Positions 10,631-25,803 of a DNA stretch of 64,000 nt are shown piece by piece. The notes under the pieces were generated by a model. The model saw nothing but the letters and a program-made list of their open reading frames with translations, searched no databases and had not been told where the DNA came from. Source of the stretch: the human T2T-CHM13v2.0 reference genome, Homo sapiens; NCBI RefSeq assembly GCF_009914755.1, contig NC_060937.1. One strand, written 5' to 3'. The translations under genes were made by a program, and so were the position numbers. Numbering within the stretch: position 1 is the first letter of the stretch; every line of letters begins with the position of its first letter.

Positions 10631-12045
10631 AGAAGTGACATTTGAGATGGACTTAGAAAATGAATAAGTGAAACTTATAGGTGGTCTTCCAGTTAGATGA
10701 TTGTTTTCTCAACAGGTCCTTTGGTAAGTGGCTAGGTTGTATTCTAGTTATTTTTTAGTTAATCTTGGGAGTCATTTTGGATGTTTAATTTTCATAGGTA
10801 TAGGGATAAAACAGGCAGAGCAGATCATTTTTCCGAAATGTTTGGATTTTTATCTTTATTGCCAGCTACACTCACATCTGGTTAATGGAAACAACTCTTA
10901 GAAGAGCAGGAGGGTGTACTTTCAGCTTTTTTCCTGCGATATGACTAACTGGTGTAGAGAATTTGAAATACACTTTAATATTTATTTTCTTTGCCTTTCA
11001 AAGAAGATGCTATAAATAACAGTAAACAGTTGAAATTTGTATTACTTCAATCAGGATGTTAATAATTTATTCTCATCTATTTCGTATTTGTTAAGGAGGA
11101 CAGTCTTGTACACATTATTCAGAAAAGTGGAAGGAACTTCTTTTAAAAATTAGAAATGAGAGTTGTGAAATGGAAATAATTTTTTCCAAAAGATGCTGTT
11201 AAGTTAGTGAATCTGAAGTTGGAGAAATTGGGCAGGTCATTGATACTGTTACCAACAGTTTTTCCATCTGTAAAATAGGGATAATCATATTTGATTATGA
11301 CATATTCCCCTTGAAAGGTATTTTGCATTTCTTAGAGGAAAAGTGCAATATTTGTCATTGTTGTGATAGTGTAGAGATGAAACAAATATATCTTCAACTT
11401 ATATATAATTTAGGTAGTAGAGTGTTTTTATGTACTGTAAAGTTTGTCTCATGCATTTAGCTCAGGATGTAAATTGAGAGAGAATCAGAAGAATGCTGAG
11501 GATTTAGTAATTTTTTCTCTTTAAAAATTATCTTATGTTGAATTTACTGGCAGAGAAACAGGAGTCCAGTGAATATAAAATTCTATTTATATTGCTGTAA
11601 CTTCTGATTAATTTTCTTAGCCTTCATAGATACTGTGAGTATGTTTTCATGGCCTCCTTTTTTTAACTTATTTTACATGTGCGTGCATTTGGATATTGAG
11701 GAGGTGCACATTCTTATTGCTTTTTATAGCCGATACTATTTCATTCTGTTCCTGTACAATCTGTGGTTTGCCTGACCATTCTTACTTGTAGGGCCTTTAG
11801 ATTGGGCCCAATTTTTCTCTATTATGAATAGCTTTGCTACAGTGTATTTAGCAGTAATTATTTGCATATCCCCAAATATAAAATTCTAGGTAAAGACAAG
11901 AAGAAGTTTTTAGTTCTGTTTAGTATTGCCAGATTTCTTTCAACAATGATAGGTTTGATTTCCTTTAACTAAATAATACCTTGTGTTGCCACATCATTTT
12001 AATTTTTATTTATCAATTTAATAGTGATGTGATGGTCCCTAAGAC

Positions 12046-12348
12046 TTTTTTTTTTTTTTTTTTGAGACGGAGTTTTGCTCTTATCACCCAGGCCGGAGTG
12101 CAGTGGCACGATCTTGGCTCACTGTAACCTCCACCTCCTGAGTTTAAGCAATTATCCTGCCTCAGCCCCCTGAGTAGCTGGGATTACAGGCGCCTGCCAC
12201 CATGCCCGGCTAATTTTTGTATTTTTAGTAGAGATGGGGTTTCACCACGTTGGCCAGGCTTGTCTCGAACTCCTGAGCTCTCAGGTGATTCACCCACTTC
12301 AGCCTCCCAAAGTGTTGGGATTGTAGGCGTGAGCCACCACGCCCAGCC
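12046..12348 (-). mobile_element. Alu (S-type)
   Basis: Poly(T) followed by antisense dimer. Confidence 0.95.
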
Positions 12349-14259
12349 TGTACACTTTTTAAATGTTTTACTTTCATTGCTATTGAAATTTCTGTGTCTT
12401 TTAATATTTTTCTTTTATTTGCCTTATTTTGTTACGTTTTGAAACCATAGTAATAAAAGATTGAGCTATGGTATTCCTTTCCTGTAGAATTCACTTTACT
12501 TTCTTAAAATCAAGGGACACTGTGTGACTGAAATAAGTAGAATAAAGCCCTGATTATAAGTGACTAGATATTCCAGGATAAAATCCACAGTTCTAATTTA
12601 GTTTGTAAAAGTTTTGACTATTTCAGTTAGCTTTGTGCTTTTTAGCTTTAAATCAAATCTTAGTGTGCCGAGTGGCATTCTGATGGCTAAGAGGTGAAGA
12701 TTAGTGAGCAGTTCACCTTTGCTGCTTTCAACTTTCAAGTAATTACTGGGTTGTCAACCAGAATTCAGAACTAAGAACTAAAAATAGTATTAATTCTCCA
12801 AAATGTCTGCCACTTTTTTACTGTTTGATGGATAGATCACGTTCTTAGATGAAAGATTAAGATTTTTTTTCCTTTGCTGTAAGGAAAAATGACCAATTAT
12901 ACCCCCTAGTGGTTAAAAACAATGTTTAAATGAATTAGTTTAACAACTTTTTAATAAAAAGGAAAATTACTCAGTCATACTTTCCTTTCTTGGTAGTTAT
13001 TTTTAGAAGCATTTTATAAGTTGTGTTTGTTATTCTGGGAGCAGTTGTGTATAAATATTGGAATGAGTCAGCTTTAAGAAAATAGTCCTGAATGTTGATC
13101 TGAACGGACACAGAATGAATATATATGTACCTGTTTTAATTTGACCATAGAAGTAGTTTGAAGATTTTGAAATACTTAAAGAAAAAAAATCTGTATGTGT
13201 ATTTATTGGTATAGTGATAAATATTTATCGATATGTAGTTTCACATTCTCACAGTTCTCTCTGGAATAAGAGCATTGATTCTTAGCTTCTGGGAACTCAT
13301 TAGTGTTTGGGTGTTGCTCTTTCAAATCTTAAATCTGGCACTGGAAGGACTTACTTTGACTATGGTAAATATACATTCCAGCAATTGTTTCTTCTTCTTC
13401 TGAAAAGGTATGTTAAACTGAGATAGTTTGCCTTTCAGAAATTAGATTTTTAAGTAAAATTAAGACTGTAATTGTTCATTATAGTGAATCTGAGAGTTAG
13501 AATCAAGAAAGCAACAAAAGTCTATGAATAAAATTGTGTCTTTCTGCCTGTGGCCCCTCACCAAAGTGGGTGTAAACTTGAACTTCCAAAGGTGTAAACT
13601 GGAACGTCTGAAACAAATCACAGATATATGTTCCACACCTCACACCCCCAACACAAACACACAGACACACATCGGCACTACAGAGATTGGTCTGTGCACT
13701 GTCAGCCTTAGAGCCCAGCTGCCCAAACCCTTACTTCCCTATTCTCTCCTGTAGCTTCCTGTCACCATGGTCTCTCAGTAAGTTTTGTAGTTAATTTTAG
13801 CTGCTTTACATGTATCCAACAATTTCATTCTATTTTCATTAAAATTAACTATCTATGAAAGGCTTTGGAGGAAATTTGTGAATTTTTTCTCTTTTTGCTC
13901 CTCTTCTCACTTTTCAAACCTGTTTATTGCCCTTTGCTAATAATAATGGTAAAGACTACGATTTGTGTGTGTTGTATATGCCTTAGCTAAATTTCATAAC
14001 ATCTCTGTGATATTTAGATGAGGAAACAGAAGCTCAATAAGATTTAGTAGCTGTCTCAAGTGTACAAAGCTAGTAAGTATTAAAGCCAGAATGCAAACAA
14101 GCCCAAGACTGAGTCCAAAAAGCCTAGGCTCTTCGCCACTGCCTTCTACTCTGAGCACTCTTCTTCTTGTTTGCCTTTCCCCTGGGGATCCCTGACCGCT
14201 TATCACCCTGGACTTTGACAGTTCCAGAAAACACTCTGTATCTATTATATGTAATTTTC

Positions 14260-14342
14260 ATTTTATTTTATTTTTTAGAAACAGTCTTGCTCTGTCACCC
14301 AGGCTAGAGTGCAGTGGTGCAGTCATAACTCATTGCAGCTTT
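14260..14342 (-). mobile_element. Alu right-arm 3' fragment
   Basis: TTTTTAGAAACAGTCTTGCTCTGTCACCCAGGCTAGAGTGCAGTGG. Confidence 0.8.
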
Positions 14343-15295
14343 GATGTGTCTATGTAATTTTTAAGTAGTCAGGTTTTATATTTACTTCTTTCGTTGATAT
14401 AGTCTAAAATTGAAATTGTATTTTTCAGGGCTTTGGGGAAAGAACCCTGGTAATTATCTAGGAGATCAGTTGCTGGGCATTGCTGATCGGATAACTCAGA
14501 GCTCATAAATAAGCATTTGTGAGTCCCAGCATTGCTTTTGAGACTTTTATTGTGCCTGAGTTAAGACTTCCCTTCTTCAGGAAGGCGCCACTGTGGACTG
14601 CTCTAATATTAAGGAGTTGAAGCTTCCATAGATTTCCTTTTTTATGGCCTCCATATCTCAAACCCTTTTGTGACTTGTCATTTGCCATGACCCTTGTACA
14701 GTCACATCTCTTCACTGAAATTTCTTTCTCCCTTGAAAATCCAGTTGTAAGTGTGGGGTGGGACAGATGTGATGATAGCAGAATAAGGTGGGAATAAAAG
14801 CAGAAACGAACTAGGAAATGGGAAAAAGTGTAGTCCTGTGGCATGGCCCGTGTGCCTTGTTAAAACAAAAAAATAGACTAGTTGTGACCATAGCTGGGAT
14901 CAGGTATGGAACTGGCAGATTAGGACTAGAAATAAAATTGTACATTTAGGAGAGAAATTTAAAAGGAAGACTGTAGAGTTCTAAATAAAACCACTTCTAT
15001 AAAACATTTCATAGTACAGGATTGTAATCAGTCTTGCTTTCTCTAAGTGACATAGGATTCTGCAACTTCCTTAAAATGTTTCATGTTGTCAAAATTTTGC
15101 ATGCTTGAAATAACCTAGGTGGGGACAGTTTGAAAGTGGGAATGTGAAGCAAGTAAACCTTGAAGTTCTTTCTAGTCACATCAGTGATAATCTAGAGTCG
15201 TCTGTCTCTATTTAAGGCAAATTTCTGGGAGGAGATGGACTTAACTCTTTTGGATGGTGAATAAAGATGTTTAGAGTGGGAAAAAAAAGGCAAAC

Positions 15296-15298
<3 letters not shown>

Positions 15299-15334
<36 letters not shown>
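15299..15334. repeat. (AC)n microsatellite
   Basis: About 17 perfect AC units. Confidence 0.95.
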
Positions 15335-15336
<2 letters not shown>

Positions 15337-15401
15337 CAGAGATTCAGTAGCTACTCCAAGAACATATAAATAAGTGCTGTCATTTTTTTTTTAATATATG
15401 C

Positions 15402-17682
15402 TGTATTAGGCTGTTCTTGTGTTGCTGTAAAGAAATACCTGAGACTGGGTAATTTATAAAGAAAAGATGTTTAATTGGCCCACAGTTCTGCAGGCTGTAC
15501 AAGCATGGCACGGACATCGCTCGACTTCTAGTGGGAACCTCAGGAAATTTTTACTCATGGCAGAAGGTGAAGCAGGAGCAGGCATGTCACATGGTAAAAG
15601 CAGGAGTGAAAGAGTTTTCTGTTGAGCGAGATGCCACACTTTACAACAAGCAGATCTCACAAGGACTCACTCACCATCATGAGGGCAGCACCAAGGGAGT
15701 GGTGCCAACCCATTCATTAGACATCTACCCCCATGATCTAGTCACCTCCCACCAGGCCCTACCTCCAGCATTAGGGATTACAGCTTGACATAAGATTTGA
15801 GTGGGGAAAAATACTCAAATCTCATGTCCTTCTTATATTGCAAAATACAATCATGCCTTCCTAATAGTCTCCCAAAATCTTAACTGACTGCAGCATTAAT
15901 TCAAAAGTCCCAAGCCCAAGTCTCATTTGAGACAAGGAAAGTCCCTTCTACCTATGAGCCTGTAAAATAAAAAAGCAAAAACAAGTTACTTACTTCCAAG
16001 ACACAAAGGGGCTATAGGCATTGGGTAAATATTCCCAGGCCTTGGGCAGCTCCACCATTGTAGCTTTACAAGGTTCAACCCCCACAGCTGTTCTCACAGG
16101 TTGTTCAGTGCCTGTAGCTTTTCCAGGCACAGGGTGTAAGCTGCCAATGAATCTACTATTCTGGAGTCTGGAGGACAATGTCCCCCTTCTCACAGCTCCA
16201 CTAGGCAGTACCCTGGCGGGGACTCTGAATGGGGCTCCAACACCACATTTCCCCTCCACACTGCCCTACTAAAGGTGCTTTGTGGGGGCTCCATCCCTGC
16301 AGCAGGCTTCTACCTGGGCACCCAGGTTTTCTCATCCTCTGAAATCTAGGCAGAGGCTGCCAAGCATTCTTCGCTCTTGAACTCTGTGTGCCTGCAGGCT
16401 TAACACCACATGGAAGCCACCAAGACTTACGGCTTGCATTCTGTAAATGGCAGCCCAAGCTGTACCTCAGCCTCTTTGAGCCATGGCTGGAGCTGGAGTG
16501 GCCTGAATGCTGGGATCCCAAGGCTGCACAGGGCAGTGGGGCCCTGGGTCTGACCTATAAACCCATTCAGTCCTCCTGGGCCTCTGGGCCTGTGGTGGGA
16601 GGGGCTGCTGCAAAGGTCTCTGAAATACCTTTGAAGCCTTTTCCCCGTAGTCTTGGATATTAGCACTTGGCTCCCTTTTAGTTATGCAGATATCTGTAGC
16701 ATGCGGTTGCCCCACAGCCTGCTTGAATTTCTCTCCAGAAAAAACTTTTTTTTTCTTTGCCACATGGTTAGGCTGCAAATTTTCTGAATGTTTGTGCTCT
16801 GCTTCCTGTTTAAATATAAATTCCAGCTTTAAATCATTTATTTGACCCTTCAGCTAAGATAGGCTGTTAGAAGCAGCCAGGTTACCTCTTGAATACTTTG
16901 CTGCTTAAAAATTTCTTCTACCATATATACTAGGTTGTCACTCTTTAGTGCAGAGTTCCACAGATCCCTAGGGCATGAATAGAATGCAAGTCAAGCTCTT
17001 TGCTGAGACGTAACACGTGTGACCTTTGCACAAGTTCCCAGTAACCTTCTCATTTCCATCTCAGACCTCAGCAGCCTGACTTTACTGTCCATATCACTAT
17101 CAATGTTTTGGTCACAACCATTTAAACAGTCTCTTAAGAAGTTCCAAACTTTGCCTCATCTTCCTATCTTCTTCTGAGCCCTCCAAACTCTGCCTGTTTC
17201 CCAGTTCCAAAACCAGTTCCACATTTTCAGGTATCTTTATAACAACACCCTATCCTCGGCACCAATTTTCTTTGTTAGGCTCTTCTTGCATTGCTATAAA
17301 GAAATACCTGAGACTGGGTAATTTATAAAGAAAAGAGGTTTAATTGGCTCACGATTCTGCAGGCTGTACAAGCATGCACCGACATCACTCTGCTTCTGGG
17401 GAGGCCTCAGGAAGCTTTTACTCATGGCAGGAGATGAAGCAGGAGCAGGCGTGTCATATGGTTACACAGGAGCAAGAGAGAGTGGGGGCAGGTGCCACAC
17501 TTTACAAACAACCAGATCTCACAAGAACTCATTATCAGGAGGACAGCACCAAGAGAGATGGTGCTAAACCATTCATTAGAAATTCACCCTCATGATCCAG
17601 TCACCTCCCAGCAAGCTCCACCTCCAACACTGGAGAATACAATTTGACATGAGATTTAGACAAGGACATATATTCAAACACA
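15402..17682 (-). mobile_element. Full MaLR provirus (MSTA/MSTB LTR - internal - LTR)
   Basis: Two ~410-bp LTR copies (15402-~15820; ~17272-17682), both starting TG(TA)TTAGGC..TTCTTG..TTGCT.TAAAGAAATACCTGAGACTGGGTAATTTATAAAG, flank an MST-int-like interior. Confidence 0.9.
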
Positions 17683-20574
17683 TGCGTTGTGTTTCCATCT
17701 GGATTATAAATTCTTTGAAGGCAAGTGTTCATGAATTTGTATTATTTTGTCATCCAAAATGTCTAGTATAGGACTTTGTGGGCATTAAATACATGTATTG
17801 GCTGATTGAGTTTCTCGTGGTCTTCAGGATCTGTTGTTGTAAATGTTCTTTGGTTTTCAAATATATTGCAAATTCTACTATTTTTTTCCTATTTAATAAA
17901 TTGGCTTCTCCTGAGATCATCGTTCCTGCTCCTGGAACACTTTTCCACCCTAAATTTTACTTTTTAAATCTTTCTTATTGTTTTTGTTTGCCTTCTGTTG
18001 CTTTACAGTGAGACTAAGGTCTACTCTCAACTTCAAAGCCCTTTTTCTGGCTTTTAATTGTGACAGTTTTCAAAATTCAAAAAGTTGAAAGAGTAGTGTA
18101 ATGATCACCTTTCACTCACCTAGACCACCTAGAATCAACAGTTGTTTACATTTTTTCATACTTGTCTTATTTGTGTGTATTTATGTTTTATAGGGGTGAA
18201 TGTCATGACATCTGTGGCATACTTTCACATGGTTCAGCTTGAAGCTCTTTATTGAACTATATAAACTCCCCGGCAGTCTCATTTCCTTTCTTCCAATTTT
18301 TAACAATTGTTCCACTGACATATTAGGAGGATCTCATTCTTATGACACTTTTGAAATTTCTTTGTCTTGCTGCAAGAGTTGATATTTAGAGTTATTGCAA
18401 ATGTAGCATATTTACAAATATATTGTAAATGGCTGTATTCTATATTCTGTGTTAAGGTTGACTTTAATTTTAATTGACTTCACATTCCTCAGCATGTGTG
18501 AGATGGTAATTCTTGAAATTTCAGATCCTCACAATTTAGAAAAGGAAGAATAAAAGTGCTGTGAAAGCTAAGATGAACTGAATATTCAAGCTGTGTTTGA
18601 TTACTTTGCTGAACATCAAAAATAGGTCCATAATTTAGTGTTGATATCTATGATAGACTTTCTTACAAAAGTAGTGTGGAAAGGTGTCAGAAGAGACAAG
18701 AAGGAAGAAAAGTAGAGGAATAAAAGCATCAGAAATAAAAAGTTACGGTAGCAACAGTTGAGTTTACCTACTTTGTTTCTGCAGTCCAGCTTTTTAACTT
18801 GTTTCCTCGTGTTAAAGAAGCAAGGAATCCCTAGTTCATGAGGCTACTATCAGAATTGTGCGTGATAGTTATTATCTTCCTTTTCCCTAGACTAGTGGCC
18901 AGGACAAGTATAATGGATAGGCATTAATAAGGTTCAGAAGGCTGACTGTCTTAGTGTCCTTTAAAAACACTGGAATAGCCTAGTTGCACTACTTGGATGG
19001 ATGGGAGACGAGAGGAAGGAAGAGCCTTTCACAGAAACCCTTATGCTGATAAACCTTTATTCAGACTCAGGAATGGCAGTTTCTTTAAGATAATAGATTA
19101 CAGCTGCTATGTTTATTATTTGTTATAGTTATTGTGTGCCAATTATGGACCAGCTTCTGCGTGTACTGTTTTCTATTTTATTATGATATCATTCAGTTCC
19201 CACATTCAAAATTATTACTTGCCCAAGAGCACTTAATAAAAGTAGACCTAGGATTTGAAGTGAACCCAGCATTCTGATGATACATTCTTTCTAAGGAGAA
19301 TTGGAAGCTGCTTCATCAGATCAGGAAGGGTTGACAAATAAGGTACATTTAATGGGTATTAGATATTAGATGAAATGCCAAACGTAGATGGATAAAAACT
19401 AATAACATGTAGATAAGAAAATGAGGGAGGAAAGGGTGTGAAAACCCCCCGTGGGCTATGTACTGAAATGAAATAAGAGTGATAGTAATTGGTTTAAATG
19501 ACACCAAGTTTTATAAACAGAAGATTAACATGGTTTCTGGAAAAGAAGTTTTCCTGGTCTCTAGAGTTACTGGAAGATTTGCTGTAGTTTTAGAAGGAGC
19601 CAATGAGTTTGATTTCTAAAGTTTTGACAACATTGTTTTTTAAAGGTTAAAATGGAATTTAAAGGAAGTGTGGCTTGGGTTGGCTTAAGGGCTGAGTGAG
19701 GTGGAGTGAGAGAAATCCATGGGGAGTGCTGACAGTGGAGATTTCCAGGACTGGTGCTTGAGGCTAATTTGGGTTTTAAATTCAGAAAAGAGAATGCACA
19801 TGAAATACTTTAATTTGCTAGTGGTACAAATCTCTGTATGTAGCATAATGTAAAGCTAATGAAAATATATTTTCAGAAGCTCTCTTCAAGTTATATGAGA
19901 CAGCAAAAAGTAAATTAATTTGCTCAAGGACAAATTGAGAAAGTATATCTGAAGAGAAACAGTTACCATGTTTTTGAGATGATGAGCTCCAAGCTGTCAG
20001 TTTAGAACATAGGAAGGAAATAAAGAACTGTCCATGAAGAATTTAAGCTTCTGGGTAGAAAGGCTAATGAAAGTAACAGTGTTATTCTATACTTACATGA
20101 AACTTTAACATGTAAATCTTAAACTTTGCTGTAATTCTCTATGACATGCCTTTTAAGAAGGATATGAGAATAGGGCAAGGTCCTGAGAAGAGCAGCTGGC
20201 ATGATCAAGGAGATAGGTGATTCAGAAGATTGAGACTCAAAGGAGATAGGAGAGAGTGCAGAAAATGAGAATAATGTTTTCCCTCAATCTTAGACTCTTA
20301 GAGCCAAAAGTTGTCCCATGAAACTTCAGAGAGGACATCATAAGCTAAGCAAAAATTTGTATTACTTCATCAATTGGGTAGAAATGGGAGAAACATTTAC
20401 CCTAAATTTATATGCCCTGAGACAGTGTCCTAAAATTTTTCACATGGCCTCAGGCTTTCAAACTTTATGCCTTGTGTTCGACCCTCTGAGATTTGAATTC
20501 AAATAATAGTGAAAAATACCTGGAAAACAGTGCTGAAGGAAGTACTAGAATTCTAATCCAGCTTACTGCTTGTT

Positions 20575-20830
20575 TTTATAGGGCCTTCAGGCTAAGAATT
20601 ATTTTTACATTTTTAAGTGGTTGGAGAAAACAAATCAAAAGAAGGATAATATTTAGGGATGAGTGAAAATTACATGAGAATAAAATATCAGTGCCATAAG
20701 TGAAAGTTTTATTGGGCTACAGCCATGCTCACTTGTGGATGTAGTGTCTACGGCTGCTTTTGCACTACGGCAGTGGCAGAGACCCAATGTCCTGTAAAGC
20801 CTAAGACATTACTCTCTGGCCCTTTACAGG
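20575..20830 (+). mobile_element. MER58-type hAT-Charlie fragment
   Basis: GTTTTATTGGGCTACAGCCATGCTCA...TGGCCCTTTACAGGAAAAGTTTGCCAGCC. Confidence 0.75.
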
Positions 20831-20944
20831 AAAAGTTTGCCAGCCTCTTGGATAGACTAATAAAATTAGCGTCATTTTTCCAGGAAAAGAAAAGATTGTA
20901 GTGGCTAGAGGAAAAATGTTAAATAGATGAAGAAACACTGTATA

Positions 20945-21506
20945 CAGTCATGAACCGCATAACGTTTTGGTCAACGACAGACCAGTGGCCTTATAAGATG
21001 ATAATGGAGCTAAAAATTCCTATTGCCTAGTGACATCATAGCCATTGTAACATCACAGTGTAATTACCTTATTTTTAAAAAATTTAGCATAGCCTAAGTT
21101 TACAGTGTGTAAGTCTACAGTTGTGTACAGTAGTGTCCTAGGCCTTCACATTCATTCACCGCTCACTCACCCAGAGCAGCTTCCAGCCTTGCAAGTTCTA
21201 TTCATGGTAAGTGCCCTATGCAGGTGTAACATTTTCTCCTTTTAGACTGCATTTTGATTGTACCTATTCTATGTTTAGATGTGTTTAGCTACACAAATAC
21301 CATTGTGTTAACAGTTGCCCACAGTATTTAGTACAATCCCATGTTGTTTAAGTATGTGATGGACCACACCATATATATACCCCCAGGTGTGTAGTAGGCT
21401 ACACCATCTAGATTTGTGTGGGTATGCTCTGTGATAGTCCCACAACAAAATCCCCTAATAACACGTTTCTCCAAACACATCCCTGTCGTTAAGTGACACA
21501 TGGCCG
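20945..21506 (+). mobile_element. Tigger3-type TcMar element, internally deleted
   Basis: TA|CAGTCATG..CCGCATAACG left end and GTCGTTAAGTGACACATGGCCG|TA right end. Confidence 0.8.
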
Positions 21507-21574
21507 TAAATGGTGCTGAGCATCATGCTGTTCTTTCCCGTGCTGTTCTTTCTGTTTCTGGTCTAACACAGAGG

Positions 21575-21735
21575 CCGTTAGCCTCCTGGGACTATTTACA
21601 TTTAATTAAATACAACTTAAAATTCAGTTCTTCAGCTACATTGACTGCATTCCAAGTGCCCAATAGCCACATGTGGCTGGTGGCCACCATATTTGAAGAA
21701 CATTTCCATCATTGCTTAAAACTCTGCTGGACATG
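21575..21735. mobile_element. MER3/MER33-like hAT fragment
   Basis: TTAAAATTCAGTTCTTCAG...CAAGTGCCCAATAGCCACATGTGGCTGGTGGCCACC. Confidence 0.7.
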
Positions 21736-21754
21736 GCTATGTAATAGTAAATAT

Positions 21755-21950
21755 GGTACTTTATGCCAGGTGCTGCTCTTGAATCTTCTCAAAAACTTCT
21801 TGAAGTAGGGATTATTATCACTTCTGTTCTACAGATCAGAACGTTGAGGAACAGGGAAGTGAAGAAACTTGCCTAGAATCACACAACTACTGTCAGAGGC
21901 AGGATTTAAACCCACACAGCCTAGCTTCAGAGTCTTGCTTCTTAATCATT
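21755..21950 (-). mobile_element. MIR
   Basis: TTATCACTTCTGTTCTACAGATCAGAACGTTGAGG...AACTTGCCTAGAATCACAC...GGATTTAAACCC core. Confidence 0.7.
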
Positions 21951-22614
21951 TCGTGCTGAGAAAGGTTGAGAGTGAGGAATACGCTTAATTGTAGCAAGAG
22001 GGACATGGCTTATGTGTTGACAGTGCTGTACAGATTTTGAAAAACAAAACATAGAAAAGTTGTGTAGAGTATAATAGCTGCATTCCTTCCTAGAAGGAAA
22101 TCGAGAGATAGGAACTGGACTAGTATTTTGGAGACCCTTCAGTCTTCTTTATGTTAAATGGATCATTTGAATTCTGACATATCTTCATAGCAGTGTTGAC
22201 CCTTTCTAATTAGTGGAAATTATTTTGGCAAAGGAAGCCATTAAATGGGAATTTTGTCTTCACAACGGTTGTATGTATTTGTGTTAATTCAAGCATGCTG
22301 TATTGCTACAATATCATGTCCTATTACCTTGTTAGCTGTGTTGAAGTCTGTGTTGCTGTTGCATTATAATTTCACTTGAGTAGAGGTGTAGGGGCCACAT
22401 ATGATGCTGTTGTCGGTATTACATGCAAAGGCTAATGCCCTCTGTTGTATAGCATGAATATTGGGTGAGCATTTTAGTGGATGAACACTTCCCTCTTCTG
22501 AATATTACTAAATTTATTTGGTTTTATTTTAACAAATGCATAGCATTTCATGTGTCAGGCACTATTTGGAGTACTTTGTAAACGTTAACTTATTTAATCT
22601 CCCTATCCCTATGA

Positions 22615-22949
<335 letters not shown>

Positions 22950-24004
22950 TTAAGGAAACTGAAGCACCCATGAAGCACATTTGACCCATGTGGTCAAATG
23001 TTTAATAATTTGACCACAGTCACACAGTTAGACAAGTGATGGCACCGGGATTTGAACCCAGGCAGTTTGACCACAGAACCTGTAATCTTGCCTGCTGTGT
23101 TTTGCTGCCTTTCTGGTGGCAGTGGACTATTGATTTGTTTTGATTGTACACCAACCGTCTCGTCTTGCTTTGGGGGATGTTAGCAAGTGTAGAGGACTGT
23201 TGACAGCACTAGTAAGTGAAATCAAAATGACAAGTGTGGCTCCGTGGCACTCCCAGAAGCCTCATGACTAGTCCAAAGGCAGTGTACAGCTCTAACTCTA
23301 TAAAATAAATACTTGTCCCAGCTGAACAGCTCTTAATCATTTTTTGATTAGCACCAAAGGTACTTCAGGGCACACGTGACTTGCTGGCTTCTTCAGCTAG
23401 TAAATTCTGTCATGAGTAGCCTGAGCTCCTTTTTTGAGAGGGTGGGTCAGTGTTATGGGTCCTGTAGGACTTCAGCTACACCTGGGAGAAATTTTGGAAG
23501 CTTCAGTAGGAAAGTGTAGCTTAAAATTAGCCTATATTTCCCAGGAAGTTGATACAGCTTATCTCCCTCTACCCTGTTGTTGAGCTTGATCTGGTCATTG
23601 CCACCTTCTTCACTGCTACTACCTTGTAGTTCAGTGTTCTTAAATTGATGGAAGAGGTCCTTCAAAGTTAGACCATGTGGTCATTGGCTATCCCTGTGTG
23701 TTTAAGAGTACATGTGCATGGAATTGTATTTCCAGTATAGTTAATCTAGAAATTTCTAACCAACTTGGCAGCATTTCTTGGTTGCTTGCTGTGAAAATGC
23801 TAAAAAAATTTGTTTAAAAATTTTTGTGCTGCAGAGTGTAATACCAAATTTGGAAACCAGATTTTTAAAAACAGCATCTATATTAATATGATAAATGCTT
23901 TTAGTTAAAATATCTTATTAATTTTTTAGAAAATTTAGAAAGCATTTAAAAACTATTGGAGACATTTGCAACTCTGAAAATTATTTGTGTATTTTTAAAA
24001 TTAA

Positions 24005-24314
<310 letters not shown>

Positions 24315-24503
24315 TTACTTTGGTATATTTTAAATGTATATAAATCCAGTCAGTGAATGGATTTGTAAGAGAATTGTTTAAAGTTGACTGGAATTATAAC
24401 ATTTTACATTTCAGACATGTCAAATTCTTTTTTAATTCTAAGCATGACTTAAGGCTTTGTGTCCTGTTGTTTATATTCTAATTTTGTGTTTCCTTATTTT
24501 CAG

Positions 24504-24571
24504 GCCGAAATAGAACTATTTGTGAACAGACTTGATTCAGTGGAATCAGTTCTTCCTTATGAATACACAGC
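24504..24571 (+). CDS. TM9SF2: TM9SF2 exon 2, 68 nt
   Basis: ttttcag|GCC..; AEIELFVNRLDSVESVLPYEYT(A); GC|gtaagt. Confidence 0.96.
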
Positions 24572-24995
24572 GTAAGTTTTTCAGCTTGGCTTTTATATAA
24601 AATTTTATGTGACTCATCAGAATTTTGTACATTGAGAACTTTGTTTTCTCACAGTTATGGACAAGCCTGAAAATATTTTTTAAGGTGTACTCTTCCAAGG
24701 TGTGGTTAAAAATGTGATCTTTTTTTTAATGTTTCTTTGTAATACAACAGAAGCACTGACTAAACAATGGATTTCTTTTTTTATCTGACTAAACAAAAAG
24801 CTATTTTGTTTTCTTAACATTTTAAAATTATAAATAGCTCCACATATTTTTAAACAAAATTTTTATGTCCCACATAATCAGTTCCCAGAAATAACTACTT
24901 TGATGTCTACCTCCACATTTTTTCTCTGAATAAATAGTCTAATCTATATAATCACATTTATACATTTTTGTTTTAAACAGAAGTAGATTCATAGT

Positions 24996-25300
24996 ATTTA
25001 TTTTTATTTTTATTTTTTTGAGACAGAGTCTCACTGTATTGCCCAGGCTCAAGTACAGTGGCGCAATCTTGGCTTGCTGCAACCTCTGCCTCCCGCGTTC
25101 AGGCGAATCTCCTGCCTCAGCCTCGCAAGTAGCTGGGATTATAGATGCATGCCACCACGTCTGGCTAAGTTTTGTATTTTTAGTAGAGATGGGTTTCACC
25201 ATGTTAGCCAGGCTGGTCTCAAACTCCTGGGCTCAAATGATTCACCCACCTTGGCCTCCCAAAGTGATGGGATTACAGGCGTGAGCCACTGCACCTGGCC
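24996..25300 (-). mobile_element. Alu
   Basis: Antisense dimer. Confidence 0.92.
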
Positions 25301-25494
25301 CATACTATTATTTTTGATTGGCACCTTGTTTTTCTCATTGAATACATTGTGGGCATCTTTCCATGTCAATACATAGCTACCTCACTCTTTTTAGTAGCTG
25401 TTATTATTTCCATTTTAGAAATTGTATAGATTCCATGTACACTTACTTTCACTAGTTTCCTATTTACCAACATTTGATTATTTCCAGGTTCTTT

Positions 25495-25803
25495 GTTTGC
25501 TTTTGAGACAAGGTCTTGCTCTGTTGCCCAGGCTGGAGTGCAGTGGCACGATCATGGCTCACTGCAGCCACAACATCCTGGGCTTAGGTGATCCTCTCAT
25601 CTCAGCCTCCTGAATAGCTGGGACTACAGGCGTGTGCAACCATGCCCAGCTAATTTTTTTTTTTTTTTTTTTTTTTAATTTTTTGTGGTGATGGAGTACC
25701 ACTCTGTTGTCCAGGCTGTCCTTAAACTCTTGGGTTCAAGTGATCCTTACACCTTGGCCTCCCAAGGTGCTGGGATTACAGGCATGAGCCATTGTGCCTG
25801 GCC
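25495..25803 (-). mobile_element. Alu (J-type)
   Basis: Antisense dimer with expanded central T-run. Confidence 0.92.

Noticed and set aside
15990-16778. ORFs inside the MST internal region
   Set aside because: Short, frameshifted MaLR-int remnants on both strands.
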